DNA of 64,000 bases from the IMG/VR virus record IMGVR_UViG_3300032295_002297. One strand, written 5' to 3'. Within the stretch, counting starts at the first letter, position 1, and each line of letters starts with the position of its first letter. Shown here piece after piece: positions 10,201-22,300 of the stretch. A program made the translations under genes and the position numbers. The notes under the pieces are model-generated. The model saw only the letters and a list, made by a program, of their open reading frames with translations, was not told where the DNA came from and searched no databases. Source of the stretch: an uncultured virus (IMG/VR IMGVR_UViG_3300032295_002297) (lineage: Duplodnaviria; Heunggongvirae; Uroviricota; Caudoviricetes).

Positions 10201-13200
10201 TATATAGTGGTAGTGGAGCTGGATTATTTGATATTCCACGTTCTGCTTTAACGCCTGATGCATTAGTTGCTAATTTAATATTTAGTGGTTCGGCAACCGC
10301 ATCTATTTCACCTACTGAAGGGTTTAGAGTTAATGTTGATTCTTATATAGATGGTAATTTATATGTTTCTGAATCTATTATAGCAGAATCTATAATTGTA
10401 AATTTTGTATCATCATCTATAATTTATTCATCTGGCTCAAACATATTTGGTGATGAGTTAAGTGATAAACAACAATTTACAGGTTCAGTTGATGTAACTG
10501 GTTCATTAAAAGTTAGTGGAAACATATCAGCATCTTTATTTAATGGAGATGGTAGTGGACTATTTAATATCCCATTATCGGCATTAACAGAAGAGGCATT
10601 TAAAATAGCAACGGGTTCGGTAACCGCATCAGTTGATTCAGAAAGAGGATTCGTTGTAACATCTGCAAATAGTGGTTCTGAATTTACGGGTTCTATAGAA
10701 GTTAGTGGAAGTGTAGTAGCAAATTCATTTAGTGGATCATTTAGTGGAAGTGGTGCTAATTTATTCAATATACCATTATCCGCATTATCGGATGAATCAA
10801 AACGAATAGCAACAGGAAGTGTAACCGCATCTGCTACATTAGAAGGATTTTATGTTCAATCTAGATTATCGGGTTCTCACTTTAATAGTGATGTAACGAT
10901 AACAGGTTCATTAACTGTTAGTGGTAGTAATACATTTAGAAACTTTGGACCGGCTGTATTCACTGGAACTACAACTTTCATTGGAGATACAACAATTACA
11001 GGAAGTTTATTTATAACAGGTGGAAATATCATATTAGCACCTGATGCATTCTTCTCAGGTTCTGGTGCTGGATTGAGTAATATCCCATTCTCTAATTTAA
11101 CGGGAGATGCGGCTAGAATAGCATCGGGTTCAGTAACGGCATCGGTAAGTGATAGTAATGGATTTGTAGTTAAATCAATTGCAAGTGGTTCACAATTTAC
11201 AGGTAGTTTAAAAGTAAATACATCTATTGATGGGTTTGTTGCAGAATACACAACCGAATACGATATAACTGCAAGTAACTCACAATACTTAATTAATAAT
11301 GAGTTTACAAATGTAATTCATTTAGTTAGAGGTGAAACATATACATTTAATATAAGTGTTCCTGATAATGCATTTTATATTAAAACTGAAGCTGTAACGG
11401 GTGGTGGAAGCACTTATGATGATGGTGTTACTGGAAACGGAACTGATGTTGGAACTATTACTTTTGTTGTTCCTTCAAATGCACCCGATACATTATATTA
11501 CAATAGTGAATATCAAGTAGGTTTAACAGGTATATTCAAAATATATAATTCTATACCGGTATCTCCAATATTATTATTAGGTGATACTACTATTACCGGT
11601 TCTTTATTAGTAAGTAGAGATGTTGAGGCTAGAAGTTTTAGTGGTAGTGGTGAGAATTTATTTAATATACCTGAATCTGCATTATCGTTTAACATTAATA
11701 GAATTGCAAGTGGTAGTGTAACCGCTTCAGTTAGTGATGCAGATGGATTTGTTGTTAAATCAGTTGTGAGTGGTTCTACATTTAGTGGAAGTATTTTCTT
11801 AAGTAGTGGAAGTATCTTTAGTGGAAGTGGTGCGGGATTATTTGATATTCCGAGAACGGCATTAGCACCAGATGCATTAACATCAACAACATTAGCATCA
11901 GGTTCAGTAACCGCATCAGTAAGTCCTGATTTTGGATTTGTTGTAATTTCACCTGATAGTGGTTCTGAATTTACAGGTTCAATAGATGTGAGTGGTTCGG
12001 TATCAGCATCTTTATTTAGAGGAGATGGTAGTGGACTATTTAACATTAGTATATCTAACTTAGCATTAGATTCTTCTAAAATATTTACGGGCTCTGTAAC
12101 TGCATCGGTATATTCTGATGGTTACTTTAGAGTATTTGATTGGAGTGGTAGTGTTGATTCTGAATTTAGTGGTAGTGTGTATGTATCGGAATCGGTATAT
12201 GCAAACTTCTTTATAGGCGATGGTTCTCAATTAACAAATGTTCAAGCGGCAGCAGCTCCATTAATAGCAAGTGGTTCAGCAACGGCATCGGTAGCAGATG
12301 GGCAAAGATTTAGAGTAATATCTGCAGCTAGTGGTTCACAATTTACTGGTTCAGTTAACATTAGTGGCTCGATATCAGCATCTCTATTTAGAGGTGATGG
12401 TAGTGGATTATTTAATATCCCATTAGAGGCGTTAGAAAACCTTGAATTGGATAGAATTCAATCGGGTTCATCAACGGCTATAATTTCTAATAAATTATTA
12501 GTTAACGTTCCTGTATCTTCATCATTATTCCAGGGAGATGGTAGTGGATTATTTAATATCCCACTTAGTTCATTAGAAAATTTAGAATTAAGTAAAATTA
12601 ATTCGGGTTCATTTGAAGCAGCAATATCACCAAATAGAGGATTTCAAGTTAATACATCAGCTAGTATTCAGGGTAACTTAAGTGTTACTGGTTCAATGTT
12701 TGTTACGGGTGGTAATTTTGTAGCAGCATCTGGTTCGGGATTTATTGGAGATGGTAGTGGGTTAACAAATATTACAATTGCTAATTTAGCATTTGAAACA
12801 TCTATAATGAAATCTGGCTCATTTACGGCTTCGATTTCGCCTGATAACGGATTTGTTGTAAATACATCAGCATCTATTTGGGGTAACCTTTATGTTGGTA
12901 ATAGTATTACGGCTTATGATGTAACGGCATCTCATAGAATATTTGCACCTACAATAACAGGTTCAATGTTAGGAACTTACACTTTCCAAGGTGAAGGACC
13001 TACTGCATCAGCAGAATACAATGTATTGAGATATGATACTAATAGAAACTATTATGTTCCTCAACCTGATACATCATTAAGTGAAGTTGTTTCATTTGCT
13101 AATCAAACGGATTTATATGTAACACATAGTTTAGGTGTAAGATATCCGCATGTTCAAATTTATGAAACAGGTTCAGCTGGAACTGAAGCACAAATTTTAC

Positions 13201-16200
13201 CTTTAGATATTATTTCAATTAATGAAAATGTAACTAGAGTAAGATTTAGTGGACCAACAACTGGTAAAGCTGTAATTGGTAAAGCAGGTTCTATTTTAAG
13301 TGGAACTATAAATGGTGATAGAGTTTTAGGAACTGTTCTTTCGGCATCTTTCGCAATTAATGCAGGAACAGCAGAAAGTATTCAGGGATTTGATTCAGCA
13401 TCATTAGCAGCATTATCGGCATCATTAGCAGGTGGTTCTCAATATGTATTGAATTCACAAACTTCATCGATGCGTGTTTTCTCCGCATCATTTGCAAGTG
13501 TAGCTCAATACGCATTAAATGCACAAAGTATAGATACGGGTTCATTTGTTCAGACATCACAAACTGCATCAATGAGTGTGTTGTTTGCACAAACTGCATC
13601 ATATATTGATGGAATTGGCGGTAACTTAGCTGGACTAATTAATTCATCACAAACTTCATCGATGTATGTTTATTCAGCATCGTTTGCAAGTGTGGCTCAA
13701 TACGCATTAAACGCACAAAATGTTGATACGGCATCATTCGTTCAAGCAAATCAAAATAGCACAATTAACGCTGACTTATTAGTTAGTGGTAGTTTAGGTG
13801 TAAGTGGTAGTTTATATTTAAATTTCGCAACAACGGGTTCAACATCTGAAACAGTATTAGTATTTAATAATACAACAAAGAAAGTAGAAGCTAGAGGATT
13901 GGGTGAAGTATCGGGAACATCTGGTACAAGTGGTATTGATGGAACATCAGGAACTTCGGGAACTGCTGGAACATCAGGCACCGCAGGAACTTCGGGAACT
14001 GCAGGGACAAGCGGAACAAGTGGAGTAGATGGAACGAGTGGTTCTTCGGGAACTGCTGGAACTTCGGGAACGGCAGGAACGAGTGGAACAACAGGAACTT
14101 CAGGAACTTCAGGTACAGCAGGGACAAGTGGAACTGCTGGAACATCTGGAACTGCGGGAACGAGTGGAACTGCAGGAACGAGTGGAACTGCAGGAACAAG
14201 CGGAACGGCTGGAACTTCGGGAAGTAGTGGTTCTTCCGGTTCATCTGGCTCAAGCGGAAGTAGTGGAACTTCAGGAACGAGTGGAACGGCAGGAACATCA
14301 GGAACTTCGGGAACAAGCGGAAGCAGTGGAAGTAGCGGAAGTAGTGGAAGTAGTGGTTCTTCGGGTTCATCGGGTTCAAGCGGAAGTAGTGGTTCAAGCG
14401 GAAGTAGTGGAAGCAGTGGAAGCAGTGGAAGTAGCGGAAGTAGTGGAAGCAGTGGAAGCAGTGGAAGTAGTGGTTCATCTGGTTCAAGCGGAAGTAGTGG
14501 AAGCAGTGGAAGTAGTGGTTCTTCGGGAACTGCAGGAACTTCAGGAACAGCAGGAACAAGTGGAACTGCTGGAACATCGGGAAGTGCAGGAACAAGCGGA
14601 ACAACGGGAACATCTGGTACAAGCGGTATTGATGGAACAAACGGAACATCAGGAACAAGCGGAACGGCTGGAACATCAGGAACATCAGGAACAACGGGAA
14701 CTTCGGGAACATCGGGAATCGATGGAACATCCGGCACATCGGGAACATCTGGTACCGCAGGAACTTCGGGAACTAGTGGAATAGCGGGTTCATCCGGAAC
14801 TTCGGGAACGAGTGGTTTAGATGGAACAAACGGAACATCAGGAACATCGGGAACTAGCGGAAAAGATGGTTCTTCGGGAACTTCGGGAACGAGTGGTAGT
14901 TCGGGCTCAAGTGGAGCTGCGGGAACGAGTGGAACATCGGGTTCTTCGGGAAGTAGTGGTATAAGTGGAACATCAGGAACATCGGGAACTTCGGGTATCG
15001 ATGGAACTTCGGGAACAAGTGGTAGTAGTGGTAGTAGTGGTACGAGTGGAACTACTGGAACATCAGGAACTTCGGGAACGAGTGGTGTAGATGGAACATC
15101 GGGTACGAGTGGAACTGCTGGAACTAGTGGAACGGCTGGGACAAGTGGAACTGCAGGAACTTCAGGCTCTTCGGGAACGAGTGGTTTAGATGGAACGAGT
15201 GGAACAAGTGGAAGTAGTGGAACAACCGGTACAAGTGGAACATCGGGAACATCGGGAATTGATGGAACATCAGGAACTTCGGGAACAAGTGGTGTAGATG
15301 GAACAAACGGAACGAGTGGTATCGATGGAACATCGGGAACTGCAGGAACGAGTGGAACTGCAGGAACAAGCGGAACATCAGGTATTGATGGAACTTCAGG
15401 CACCGCAGGAACTTCTGGAACATCGGGAATCGATGGAACATCAGGAACTTCGGGATTAGATGGAACTAACGGAACATCAGGAACTACTGGAACTTCAGGC
15501 ACATCGGGTACTGCAGGAACTTCGGGAACAAGCGGTATCGATGGAACATCAGGAACTTCGGGATTAGATGGAACTAACGGAACATCTGGTACAAGTGGAG
15601 AAAGTGGAACTAATGGAACATCTGGCACAAGCGGAACATCGGGAATCGATGGAACGAGTGGCAGTAGTGGTATAGATGGAACAAGTGGAACTGCAGGAAC
15701 ATCGGGCACCGCAGGAACTTCGGGAACGAGTGGATTGAACGGAACATATTTTGGTTCATCAGGAACTTCGGGAAGTAGTGGAACGGCAGGAACTTCGGGA
15801 ACTAGTGGGACAACGGGAACATCTGGTACAAGTGGTATAGATGGAACTTCAGGAACTGCTGGAACAAGTGGAACATCGGGAATAACAGGAACGAGTGGAA
15901 CTTCGGGAACTACGGGTACAAGTGGAACATCTGGTACGAGTGGTTTAGATGGAACTTTCTTTGGTTCTTCGGGAACTTCAGGAACTTCGGGAGAAAGTGG
16001 AACATCAGGTATAGATGGATCGAATGGAACTTCGGGAACATCAGGAACGAGTGGTATAAACGGAACATTCTTTGGTTCATCGGGAACTTCAGGTATTTCG
16101 GGCACTTCGGGTGTAAGTGGAACTTCAGGTGTAAGTGGCACTTCGGGTAGTGATGGAACTTCGGGAACGAGTGGTTTAGATGGAACATTCTTTGGTTCTT

Positions 16201-17249
16201 CTGGTACAAGTGGAAGTAGTGGAACATCGGGAATAACTGGAAGTGCGGGAACATCCGGAACTGCAGGAACTTCGGGAACGAGTGGTATAAATGGAACATA
16301 CTTTGGTAGTAGTGGAACTGCTGGGACAAGTGGAACTGCTGGAACAAGCGGAACTACAGGAACATCTGGAACTTCGGGAACTAGCGGTTTAGATGGAACT
16401 TATTTTGGAAGTAGTGGAACTTCAGGAACTACGGGAACATCGGGAACTACAGGTACAAGTGGAACATCTGGTACAAGTGGTTTAGATGGAACTTATTTTG
16501 GTTCATCAGGAACTTCGGGTATTGATGGAACATCGGGTTTAGATGGTTCAAATGGAACTTCGGGAACTGCTGGAACATCGGGAACATCCGGTTTGGATGG
16601 AACATTCTTTGGAAGTAGTGGAACTTCGGGAACTGCGGGTACAAGTGGTATAAATGGTTCTAACGGAACTTCAGGAACTGCAGGAACGAGTGGTATAAAT
16701 GGAACATACTTTGGTAGTAGTGGAACGAGTGGAAGTAGTGGTTCTTCAGGTTCTTCGGGCATAAGTGGAACAAACGGAACATCAGGTACTTCAGGATTCT
16801 TAAACTTAACGGGAACAACTGATAATGGTGTAATAACTTATGTTAACGCAACCGGATTTGGGCAAGTTGAAAGTAGTTTTAAATTTGATTCTAGCAAATT
16901 AGAAGTTACTGGCTCTGTAAACCCAACTATTTATAGTGAAACACATGCTTCTTTAGGAACGGGTGGTAGTGTAACTTTAGATTTAGCAACGGCTAATAAC
17001 TTTACGAGAACTGTAAATACGAACACAACATTTACATTTGGTAGTCCACCACCGAATAGAGCATTTGGATTTACGATAGCATTGATAAATGCGGGAGCCT
17101 ATGTTATAACTTGGCCAAACACTGTGAAGTGGGCAGGTGCAACAGCTCCTATATTAACATCTGTTGGAACTGATGTATTGACTTTCTATACTTTAGATGG
17201 TGGCAATAACTACTATGGTTTCTTAATTGGATTAAACATGTCAACTTAA
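7257..17249 (+). CDS. Giant Ser/Gly/Thr-rich tail fibre-like protein (3330 aa)
   Basis: About 24 units of [12 protein letters not shown]...[11 protein letters not shown], a cupredoxin-like insert, about 960 aa of Gly-X-Y triplets, and a C-terminal domain ([10 protein letters not shown]...[15 protein letters not shown]) typical of phage fibre ends. It is followed by a tail assembly chaperone gene. Confidence 0.75.
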   Translation: MSKSKLLSGRVVVTNPKEVSDDRYQFLDLSQAEPNLGVPDFSASLSGSPAIVVSDDQGNRGFVRSLDLDRVSGSFTGSFLGDGSDLFNLPAATFIASGSATASFVDGGLVVNTDTTIQGNLYVSESIIAQQLIVNLVSSSVIYSSGSNIFGDAPSDKQEFTGSVELKNNLFVEGNVSASMFTGSGAGLFDIPRSAFSGDAFRIASGSVTASVSPNEGFKVESAIVGSQFTGSLNLSGSSTTLSSSLFVKGESFFQSGVSSSVFSGSGAGLFDIPRSALTPDALVATIIATGSVTASTDVARGFIVKSAASGSEFTGSIEISGSVTLASGSIYSGSGAGLFDIPRSALTPDALLSTLLTTGSVTASVTPQFGFKVESTISGSQFTGSLFVSGARGIEITSGSSYSGSGARLFDIPLTALTQEAQDAINAVDATKIASGSVTASVSDTLGFVVKSVASGSTFSGSVFLSSGSIFSGSGAGLFDIPRAALSPDALLSTIIASGSVSASVSPDLGFVVTSIESGSQFTGSLFVSGGVEINSGSSFSGSGARLFDIPLTALTQEAQDALTAVDATKIFSGSVTASVSDEFGFVVTSVESGSTFSGSVFLSSGSFFSGSGAGLFDIPRSALTQDAQISSLIASGSITASVSPDLGFVVVSEESGSTFSGSIFLSSGSFFSGSGEGLFNIPRSALTQDAQISSLIASGSVTASVSPDFGFVVISPDSGSTFSGSIFLSSGSFFSGSGAGLFDIPRSALTPDALVATTIASGSVTASVSPDFGFVVVSSDNGSEFTGSVDVSGSVIAQFFVGDGSQLINVPSVESAKIASGSVTASVSPDLGFVVESQASGSKFFGNIVLSSGSFFSGSGAGLFDIPRSALTPDAQVATVIASGSVTASVSPNKGFVVTSVVSGSEFTGSVDVSGSVTAQFFIGDGSQLTNIPALVAPRIASGSVTASADADRGFVVISAESGSEFTGSVNILGLVSASVYSGSGAGLFDIPRSALTPDALVANLIFSGSATASISPTEGFRVNVDSYIDGNLYVSESIIAESIIVNFVSSSIIYSSGSNIFGDELSDKQQFTGSVDVTGSLKVSGNISASLFNGDGSGLFNIPLSALTEEAFKIATGSVTASVDSERGFVVTSANSGSEFTGSIEVSGSVVANSFSGSFSGSGANLFNIPLSALSDESKRIATGSVTASATLEGFYVQSRLSGSHFNSDVTITGSLTVSGSNTFRNFGPAVFTGTTTFIGDTTITGSLFITGGNIILAPDAFFSGSGAGLSNIPFSNLTGDAARIASGSVTASVSDSNGFVVKSIASGSQFTGSLKVNTSIDGFVAEYTTEYDITASNSQYLINNEFTNVIHLVRGETYTFNISVPDNAFYIKTEAVTGGGSTYDDGVTGNGTDVGTITFVVPSNAPDTLYYNSEYQVGLTGIFKIYNSIPVSPILLLGDTTITGSLLVSRDVEARSFSGSGENLFNIPESALSFNINRIASGSVTASVSDADGFVVKSVVSGSTFSGSIFLSSGSIFSGSGAGLFDIPRTALAPDALTSTTLASGSVTASVSPDFGFVVISPDSGSEFTGSIDVSGSVSASLFRGDGSGLFNISISNLALDSSKIFTGSVTASVYSDGYFRVFDWSGSVDSEFSGSVYVSESVYANFFIGDGSQLTNVQAAAAPLIASGSATASVADGQRFRVISAASGSQFTGSVNISGSISASLFRGDGSGLFNIPLEALENLELDRIQSGSSTAIISNKLLVNVPVSSSLFQGDGSGLFNIPLSSLENLELSKINSGSFEAAISPNRGFQVNTSASIQGNLSVTGSMFVTGGNFVAASGSGFIGDGSGLTNITIANLAFETSIMKSGSFTASISPDNGFVVNTSASIWGNLYVGNSITAYDVTASHRIFAPTITGSMLGTYTFQGEGPTASAEYNVLRYDTNRNYYVPQPDTSLSEVVSFANQTDLYVTHSLGVRYPHVQIYETGSAGTEAQILPLDIISINENVTRVRFSGPTTGKAVIGKAGSILSGTINGDRVLGTVLSASFAINAGTAESIQGFDSASLAALSASLAGGSQYVLNSQTSSMRVFSASFASVAQYALNAQSIDTGSFVQTSQTASMSVLFAQTASYIDGIGGNLAGLINSSQTSSMYVYSASFASVAQYALNAQNVDTASFVQANQNSTINADLLVSGSLGVSGSLYLNFATTGSTSETVLVFNNTTKKVEARGLGEVSGTSGTSGIDGTSGTSGTAGTSGTAGTSGTAGTSGTSGVDGTSGSSGTAGTSGTAGTSGTTGTSGTSGTAGTSGTAGTSGTAGTSGTAGTSGTAGTSGTAGTSGSSGSSGSSGSSGSSGTSGTSGTAGTSGTSGTSGSSGSSGSSGSSGSSGSSGSSGSSGSSGSSGSSGSSGSSGSSGSSGSSGSSGSSGSSGSSGSSGSSGSSGTAGTSGTAGTSGTAGTSGSAGTSGTTGTSGTSGIDGTNGTSGTSGTAGTSGTSGTTGTSGTSGIDGTSGTSGTSGTAGTSGTSGIAGSSGTSGTSGLDGTNGTSGTSGTSGKDGSSGTSGTSGSSGSSGAAGTSGTSGSSGSSGISGTSGTSGTSGIDGTSGTSGSSGSSGTSGTTGTSGTSGTSGVDGTSGTSGTAGTSGTAGTSGTAGTSGSSGTSGLDGTSGTSGSSGTTGTSGTSGTSGIDGTSGTSGTSGVDGTNGTSGIDGTSGTAGTSGTAGTSGTSGIDGTSGTAGTSGTSGIDGTSGTSGLDGTNGTSGTTGTSGTSGTAGTSGTSGIDGTSGTSGLDGTNGTSGTSGESGTNGTSGTSGTSGIDGTSGSSGIDGTSGTAGTSGTAGTSGTSGLNGTYFGSSGTSGSSGTAGTSGTSGTTGTSGTSGIDGTSGTAGTSGTSGITGTSGTSGTTGTSGTSGTSGLDGTFFGSSGTSGTSGESGTSGIDGSNGTSGTSGTSGINGTFFGSSGTSGISGTSGVSGTSGVSGTSGSDGTSGTSGLDGTFFGSSGTSGSSGTSGITGSAGTSGTAGTSGTSGINGTYFGSSGTAGTSGTAGTSGTTGTSGTSGTSGLDGTYFGSSGTSGTTGTSGTTGTSGTSGTSGLDGTYFGSSGTSGIDGTSGLDGSNGTSGTAGTSGTSGLDGTFFGSSGTSGTAGTSGINGSNGTSGTAGTSGINGTYFGSSGTSGSSGSSGSSGISGTNGTSGTSGFLNLTGTTDNGVITYVNATGFGQVESSFKFDSSKLEVTGSVNPTIYSETHASLGTGGSVTLDLATANNFTRTVNTNTTFTFGSPPPNRAFGFTIALINAGAYVITWPNTVKWAGATAPILTSVGTDVLTFYTLDGGNNYYGFLIGLNMST
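7480..12860 (+). repeat. Coding tandem repeat, ~70-75 aa units (F[S/x]G[S/D]G[A/S]GLF[D/N]IP...[16 protein letters not shown])
   Basis: About 24 recognisable copies in the translation. The DNA copies have diverged at synonymous sites. Confidence 0.85.
13911..16796 (+). repeat. Coding Gly-X-Y triplet repeat (GTS/GTA/GSS/GID/GLD), ~960 aa, proline-free
   Basis: Seen directly in the translation. The DNA has a 9-nt period (ggaacttcg/ggaagtagt variants). Confidence 0.95.
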
Positions 17250-17262
17250 AATATGAATAGTT

Positions 17263-18159
17263 ATGGGAATATTTAGAAGATTAATACCGTTGGATGGTGG
17301 GGGAACGCCTGTTCCATTTAAAATTCAAGTAACAACTACTTCAAATGGTCAAATATTTACATTACCATTAGTAGGCTTTGGTTCGTTCGCAACGGATATT
17401 GAAGTTTCTTGGGGAGATGCTACTAGTACGAGTTTGGTAACATCGCCAACCGATTCTAATAGAATACATACTTACGCTACTGCTGGGGTTTATGAAATTT
17501 CAATAATAGGGCAAATGCCTGGATTTAAAGTTAACAACAACGCAGCTATACGTTCACTTATTACGGGTATTATAGATTTTGGTAGAGTTGGTTTAAGAAC
17601 ATTAGATTTCTTTGGGTGCACAAATATAACTTCAATACCAGCTAGTGGAACAATGGAAGTTGGATATAGAGGATTAAATAATATAATATCTTTTGCGGGA
17701 TTTATGAGAGGAACGGGTTTAACCGCAATTCCCGCAGATATATTTGATTTTTCAACATCAGCAACAACATTTAGTGATATATTTTCATTTACATCAATTA
17801 CTTCAATACCAGCGGGATTATTTGATAGTTCTACAAACGCAACTAGTTTCGCATCAGCATTTAACTCATGTACATTATTAAATTCATACTCAGCTAATTT
17901 ATTTAGTAATTCACCAAATGTTATTAACTTTTCTTCTACATTTAGAAATTGCCTAGCATTAACATTTGCTCAACAATTTACTATAAATACCGCAGTTACA
18001 ACATTTGATAACGTATATAATATGTCAACAACTTCAAATGCATTAGATGGTAATGCTCCAACAATTTGGACAAGAAGTCCGGCACCATCTGGAACTGCTG
18101 CATTTAGAAATTGTACAGGTTTAGATAACTTTGCATCAATACCCCTAAATTTTAAATAA
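17263..18159 (+). CDS. PKD-like N-domain plus BspA/DUF285-like leucine-rich repeats; putative fibre-tip adhesin
   Basis: VSWGD...HTYATAGVYEISI is PKD-like. It is followed by repeats such as IPADIFDFSTSATTFSDIFSFTSITSIPAGLFD and ends AFRNCTGLDNFASIP. Confidence 0.6.
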   Translation: MGIFRRLIPLDGGGTPVPFKIQVTTTSNGQIFTLPLVGFGSFATDIEVSWGDATSTSLVTSPTDSNRIHTYATAGVYEISIIGQMPGFKVNNNAAIRSLITGIIDFGRVGLRTLDFFGCTNITSIPASGTMEVGYRGLNNIISFAGFMRGTGLTAIPADIFDFSTSATTFSDIFSFTSITSIPAGLFDSSTNATSFASAFNSCTLLNSYSANLFSNSPNVINFSSTFRNCLALTFAQQFTINTAVTTFDNVYNMSTTSNALDGNAPTIWTRSPAPSGTAAFRNCTGLDNFASIPLNFK

Positions 18160-18160
18160 T

Positions 18161-18610
18161 ATGTATTTAAGAATTGTAAACGAAACCATAGAATATCCAT
18201 ATAGTGTAGAGCAACTTAGAAAAGATGCTTATAACATTAGCTTTCCCGAAACTATGTCTCAAAGTATGTTAGAGGAATTTGGTGTATATAATGTAGTAGC
18301 AACACCAAAACCAACGGATTACACAAAAAATATTTCAGAGGGAACGCCAAATCTAACCGATGGTGTATATTATCAGGTTTGGAATCAAACTAATGCAACT
18401 GAAAGTGAAATAGCAGAAAGAATAAATCAGAAGTGGGAAGGGATTAGAGATAATAGAAACACTTTACTAAAAGATTCTGATTGGACAGTTTTGGTAGATT
18501 CACCATTGAGTGGTTCTGTGTTGGAAAATTGGAAAAGTTATAGACAAGAATTAAGAGATGTAACATTACAAGAAAATCCTTTTAATATAGTTTGGCCAAA
18601 CCAACCATAA
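18161..18610 (+). CDS. Phage tail fibre assembly chaperone
   Basis: C-terminal IRDNRNTLLKDSDWTVL...WKSYRQELRDVTLQ..PFNIVWPNQP is the typical tail assembly chaperone motif. Confidence 0.8.
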   Translation: MYLRIVNETIEYPYSVEQLRKDAYNISFPETMSQSMLEEFGVYNVVATPKPTDYTKNISEGTPNLTDGVYYQVWNQTNATESEIAERINQKWEGIRDNRNTLLKDSDWTVLVDSPLSGSVLENWKSYRQELRDVTLQENPFNIVWPNQP

Positions 18611-18633
18611 ACCATCAAAAGATAATTAAAATT

Positions 18634-18642
18634 ATATTTATA
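18634..18642 (+). promoter_or_regulatory. Putative late promoter ATATTTATA
   Basis: Exact motif upstream of ATG 18658. Confidence 0.6.
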
Positions 18643-18657
18643 CATAAATAAGGTAAA

Positions 18658-18990
18658 ATGAAAATACATAGTCCCAGTTTTTCCGGTTCAATAACGCAAG
18701 ACTTAAATAACGCGTATGCTAATTTAAGTGGATCGTTTACCGGTTCTGTTACGGGTTCATTTACCGGTGATATTAATGTATCAGCAGCTACATTTAATGA
18801 ATTGACAGTTGTTCAAACTATTGATATAGGTTCAACAACCGCTAATATACAACAAATAACAGGTTCCGTTTTTATAACAGGTTCGGTAACGGTTGATGGA
18901 AATGTAAACACAATAAACGCAGGACAAGTGCAAGTAAATGGTGTGAATGTATTAGATTCAGCTATTGCCTTCGCAATTGCTTTAGGATAA
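18658..18990 (+). CDS. Small fibre-associated structural protein
   Basis: Contains SGSFTGS/ITGS motifs shared with the fibres and ends in hydrophobic AIAFAIALG. Confidence 0.6.
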   Translation: MKIHSPSFSGSITQDLNNAYANLSGSFTGSVTGSFTGDINVSAATFNELTVVQTIDIGSTTANIQQITGSVFITGSVTVDGNVNTINAGQVQVNGVNVLDSAIAFAIALG

Positions 18991-19004
18991 AATAAAATAA
19001 AAAA

Positions 19005-19337
19005 ATGGCAAACATATTTAAAAATAGTGTAACGGGTTCGATTGGATTGACTACTACAAAAGTATATCAAGCTCCAGCAGCAACTGTTGCTACTGTAATC
19101 GGCTTAAGTGTTTCAAATGTTCTTACACAAAATATAAGTGTAAATGTGACAGTAACCGATTCATCCGCTAGTAAAACAAATCATTTAATAAAAAATGCTT
19201 TGATTACCGAAGGTGGTTCGATTGTAGTAATTGGTGGAGACCAAAAAGTAGTATTGGAAGCTAATGATTTTATTTCAGTAGTTTCAACACAAGCAGTATC
19301 GGCAGATGTAATTGTTTCAGTTTTAGAAATATCGTAA
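19005..19337 (+). CDS. Small beta-rich virion/tail adaptor protein
   Basis: MANIFKN...KVYQAPAATVATVIGLSVSN...KVVLEANDFISV...VIVSVLEIS; paralogous to 6312..7202. Confidence 0.65.
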   Translation: MANIFKNSVTGSIGLTTTKVYQAPAATVATVIGLSVSNVLTQNISVNVTVTDSSASKTNHLIKNALITEGGSIVVIGGDQKVVLEANDFISVVSTQAVSADVIVSVLEIS

Positions 19338-19349
19338 AGTTTTTAATTA

Positions 19350-22300
19350 ATGGCATATAAAGGCACAGTATCTAATGGATTTAATGAACTAAGTTCTAGC
19401 TTAGTAGCACTATATGTGAGTGGTAGTAGGTCTGCGGATTTTAGAGTAACCTCCTCACAATTTTATGGTAGTTTATCCGCCTCTGCTTTTATAGGTAATG
19501 GTGCCGGATTAACAAATTTATCAGTTGATTCATTAGGTGATATTACAACATTAAAATCTGGTTCAACAACAGCAGTTATTTCTCCAAACCAGGGATTATT
19601 AGTTAATACTGCATTAACGGTAAAAGATTTTTTAATTGTAACCGGTTCAACTTCAATTGGTGGTAACTTAGTAGTATCTGGTTCAACCACATTGGGTGAT
19701 GGGATTGTATATGTTGGTAGTGGGGATTTACAAATATCAAATAATGGTGCGGGTGGGATAAAATTTAATGATCCAATTGAAGTAACAGGAAATTCTTTAG
19801 TTACTGGGGATTTAAGAGTAACCGGTACTGTATCAGCAAGTTTCTTATCAACTACATTCATTACATCATCTCAATTAAATGTATCTACTAATTTAATTAC
19901 AATGAACACCGATTCTAATACAATTAGATTTGGTGGTATTGCAGTAATTGATTCGGGATCAGCTCCATATCGAAGTGGTTCATTATTATTTGATTCTGTA
20001 CAAGATAGATGGATATATCTTCACCAAGCAGCTGCTGGAGCTACGATAACCTCATCTATTTTGGTGATGGGGCCTGAAACATATAATTCATTAGGAAGTG
20101 AAACTCAAATAACTAGAAACAGATTAACAAAAGGTTCAGCAGGACAAAGTGGTGAACATATTGCTAATTCAAATATAGAGGATGATGGTTCTACAGTAAG
20201 AGTAAATTCAGCTACACAAGTTACGGGTTCGTTTTTAGCAACCGGTAATGTTACATCAAATACTAATTTAGTATCAAATTTTTCTTCTGGGGATGAGGGT
20301 GGTGAAATTTCACTTAATAAACCCGTTACAAATACAACTATAAATAATGGTATTACTATAGATGTTTTCCAAAACCGAGTAAGAATATTTGAACAAGGTG
20401 GAACAAATAGAGGTGGATATTATGATATAACAGCATTAAATTCTTCAGTTGGAACAAACTTATTAACTGCGGGAACTTCGGGAACATCTGGTACATCGGG
20501 AACTTCGGGAACAAGCGGAAGTAGTGGTAGTAGCGGAAGTAGTGGTTCATCTGGTACAAGTGGTTTAAGTGGAACTGCTGGAACGAGTGGAAGTAGTGGT
20601 AGTAGTGGAAGCAGCGGATCTTCAGGCACATCAGGAACTTCGGGAAGTAGTGGAACATCTGCTTCAAGTGGAACGGGTGGTTCATCGGGAACTTCAGGAA
20701 GTAGTGGTAGTAGTGGTTCGAGTGGAAGTAGCGGAAGTAGTGGTTCATCGGGAAGTAGCGGAAGCAGCGGAAGTAGTGGTTCATCGGGAAGTAGTGGTTT
20801 AAGTGGAGGAGCTGGTTCAAGTGGTTCATCTGGTACAAGTGGGACTAGTGGATTAACTGGAAGTAGTGGAACATCGGGTATAAACGGAACGAGTGGAAGT
20901 AGTGGAACTTCTGGTTCAGCAGGAAGTAGTGGTAGTAGTGGAACAAGAGGGACATCGGGAACAAGCGGAACATCAGCAACATCCGGTTCATCTGGCAGTA
21001 GCGGAACGAGTGGTAGTAGTGGTTCTACGGGTTCATCGGGTATAACTGGAGCAGGTGGTTCTTCGGGAACAACAGGAACTGCAGGAAGTGGTGGTTCATC
21101 AGGTTCTTCGGGAAGTAGTGGTTCATCGGGCTCAAGCGGTAGTAGTGGAACTAGTGGTATAAGTGGAGCAGGTGGTTCATCTGGAAGCAGTGGTAGTAGT
21201 GGTTCATCGGGAACTAGAGGAACTTCAGGTTCTTCAGGAACTTCGGGAACTAGTGGTATAAATGGTTCTACGGGAAGCGCAGGAACTGCAGGAACTTCGG
21301 GTTCAAGTGGTAGCAGCGGAAGTAGTGGTTCATCTGGTACGAGTGGAACGAGTGGAACTTCAGCAACAGCAGGTTCATCAGGAACTTCGGGAGCAGCGGG
21401 AACTTCGGGTTCAGCGGGAACAAGTGGAACTAGTGGTTCATCGGGAACTAGAGGAACGAGTGGGACAAGCGGAAGCAGTGGAAGTAGTGGTTCATCGGGT
21501 TCAAGCGGAAGTAGTGGTTCGAGTGGAAGTAGCGGTTCGAGCGGAAGTAGTGGAAGTAGTGGTTCATCCGGAAGTAGTGGTAGTAGTGGAACTGCAGGTG
21601 CTACAGGTTCTTCGGGTTCAGCTGGAACATCCGGTACTAGTGGAACATCTGCAACAAGCGGAAGTAGCGGTAGTAGTGGAAGTAGTGGTTCATCGGGAAC
21701 ATCAGCAACAAGTGGAACGGGTGGTTCATCAGGAACTTCGGGAACTAGTGGAACATCCGCAACTTCAGGAACTTCGGGAACGAGTGGTAGTAGTGGAACA
21801 AGAGGGACATCGGGAACTTCAGGAAGTAGTGGTAGTAGTGGTAGTAGTGGAAGTTCGGGCTCAAGTGGTAGTAGTGGAAGTAGTGGTTCAAGCGGAAGTA
21901 GCGGCTCTTCGGGAAGTGCAGGTTCATCTGGAGCTCTATCATTAACGGGTACTACAAATAATGGTTTAATTACTTTAGATGTAACTGCTCCAAACGCAAC
22001 TGTTGAATCTAATTTAACTTTTGATGGTGCAACTTTAACTCTTACTGGAGACCAAGTTGTAAGAGCAGCTGCAACACAAGATGGTGTTAGATTAGTGGGA
22101 AGAGCAGGTGGAACATCCAACTTTAGAGTAAGTATTACTCCGGATACTTTAACTGCAGATAGAACCCTAACTCTTGCAAATGGTAACACTGTATTGGTTA
22201 CTGGAACTATGGTTGAGACAGGTAGAACTATCACAATCAATGGAACTACAAACCAAATTGTTTCATCGGCGGGTGCACAATCATTGGCATCAAATAGAAC

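Noticed and set aside
13751..16141. 796-aa minus-strand Pro/Val-rich ORF (VPEVP repeats) and other overlapping frames
   Set aside because: Antisense or frame-shifted shadows of the Gly-Thr-Ser repeat, whose codons rarely generate stops in other frames.
13911..16796. Possible CRISPR array or satellite DNA
   Set aside because: A degenerate 9-nt period within an open frame, with no constant repeat and unique spacer structure and no cas genes.
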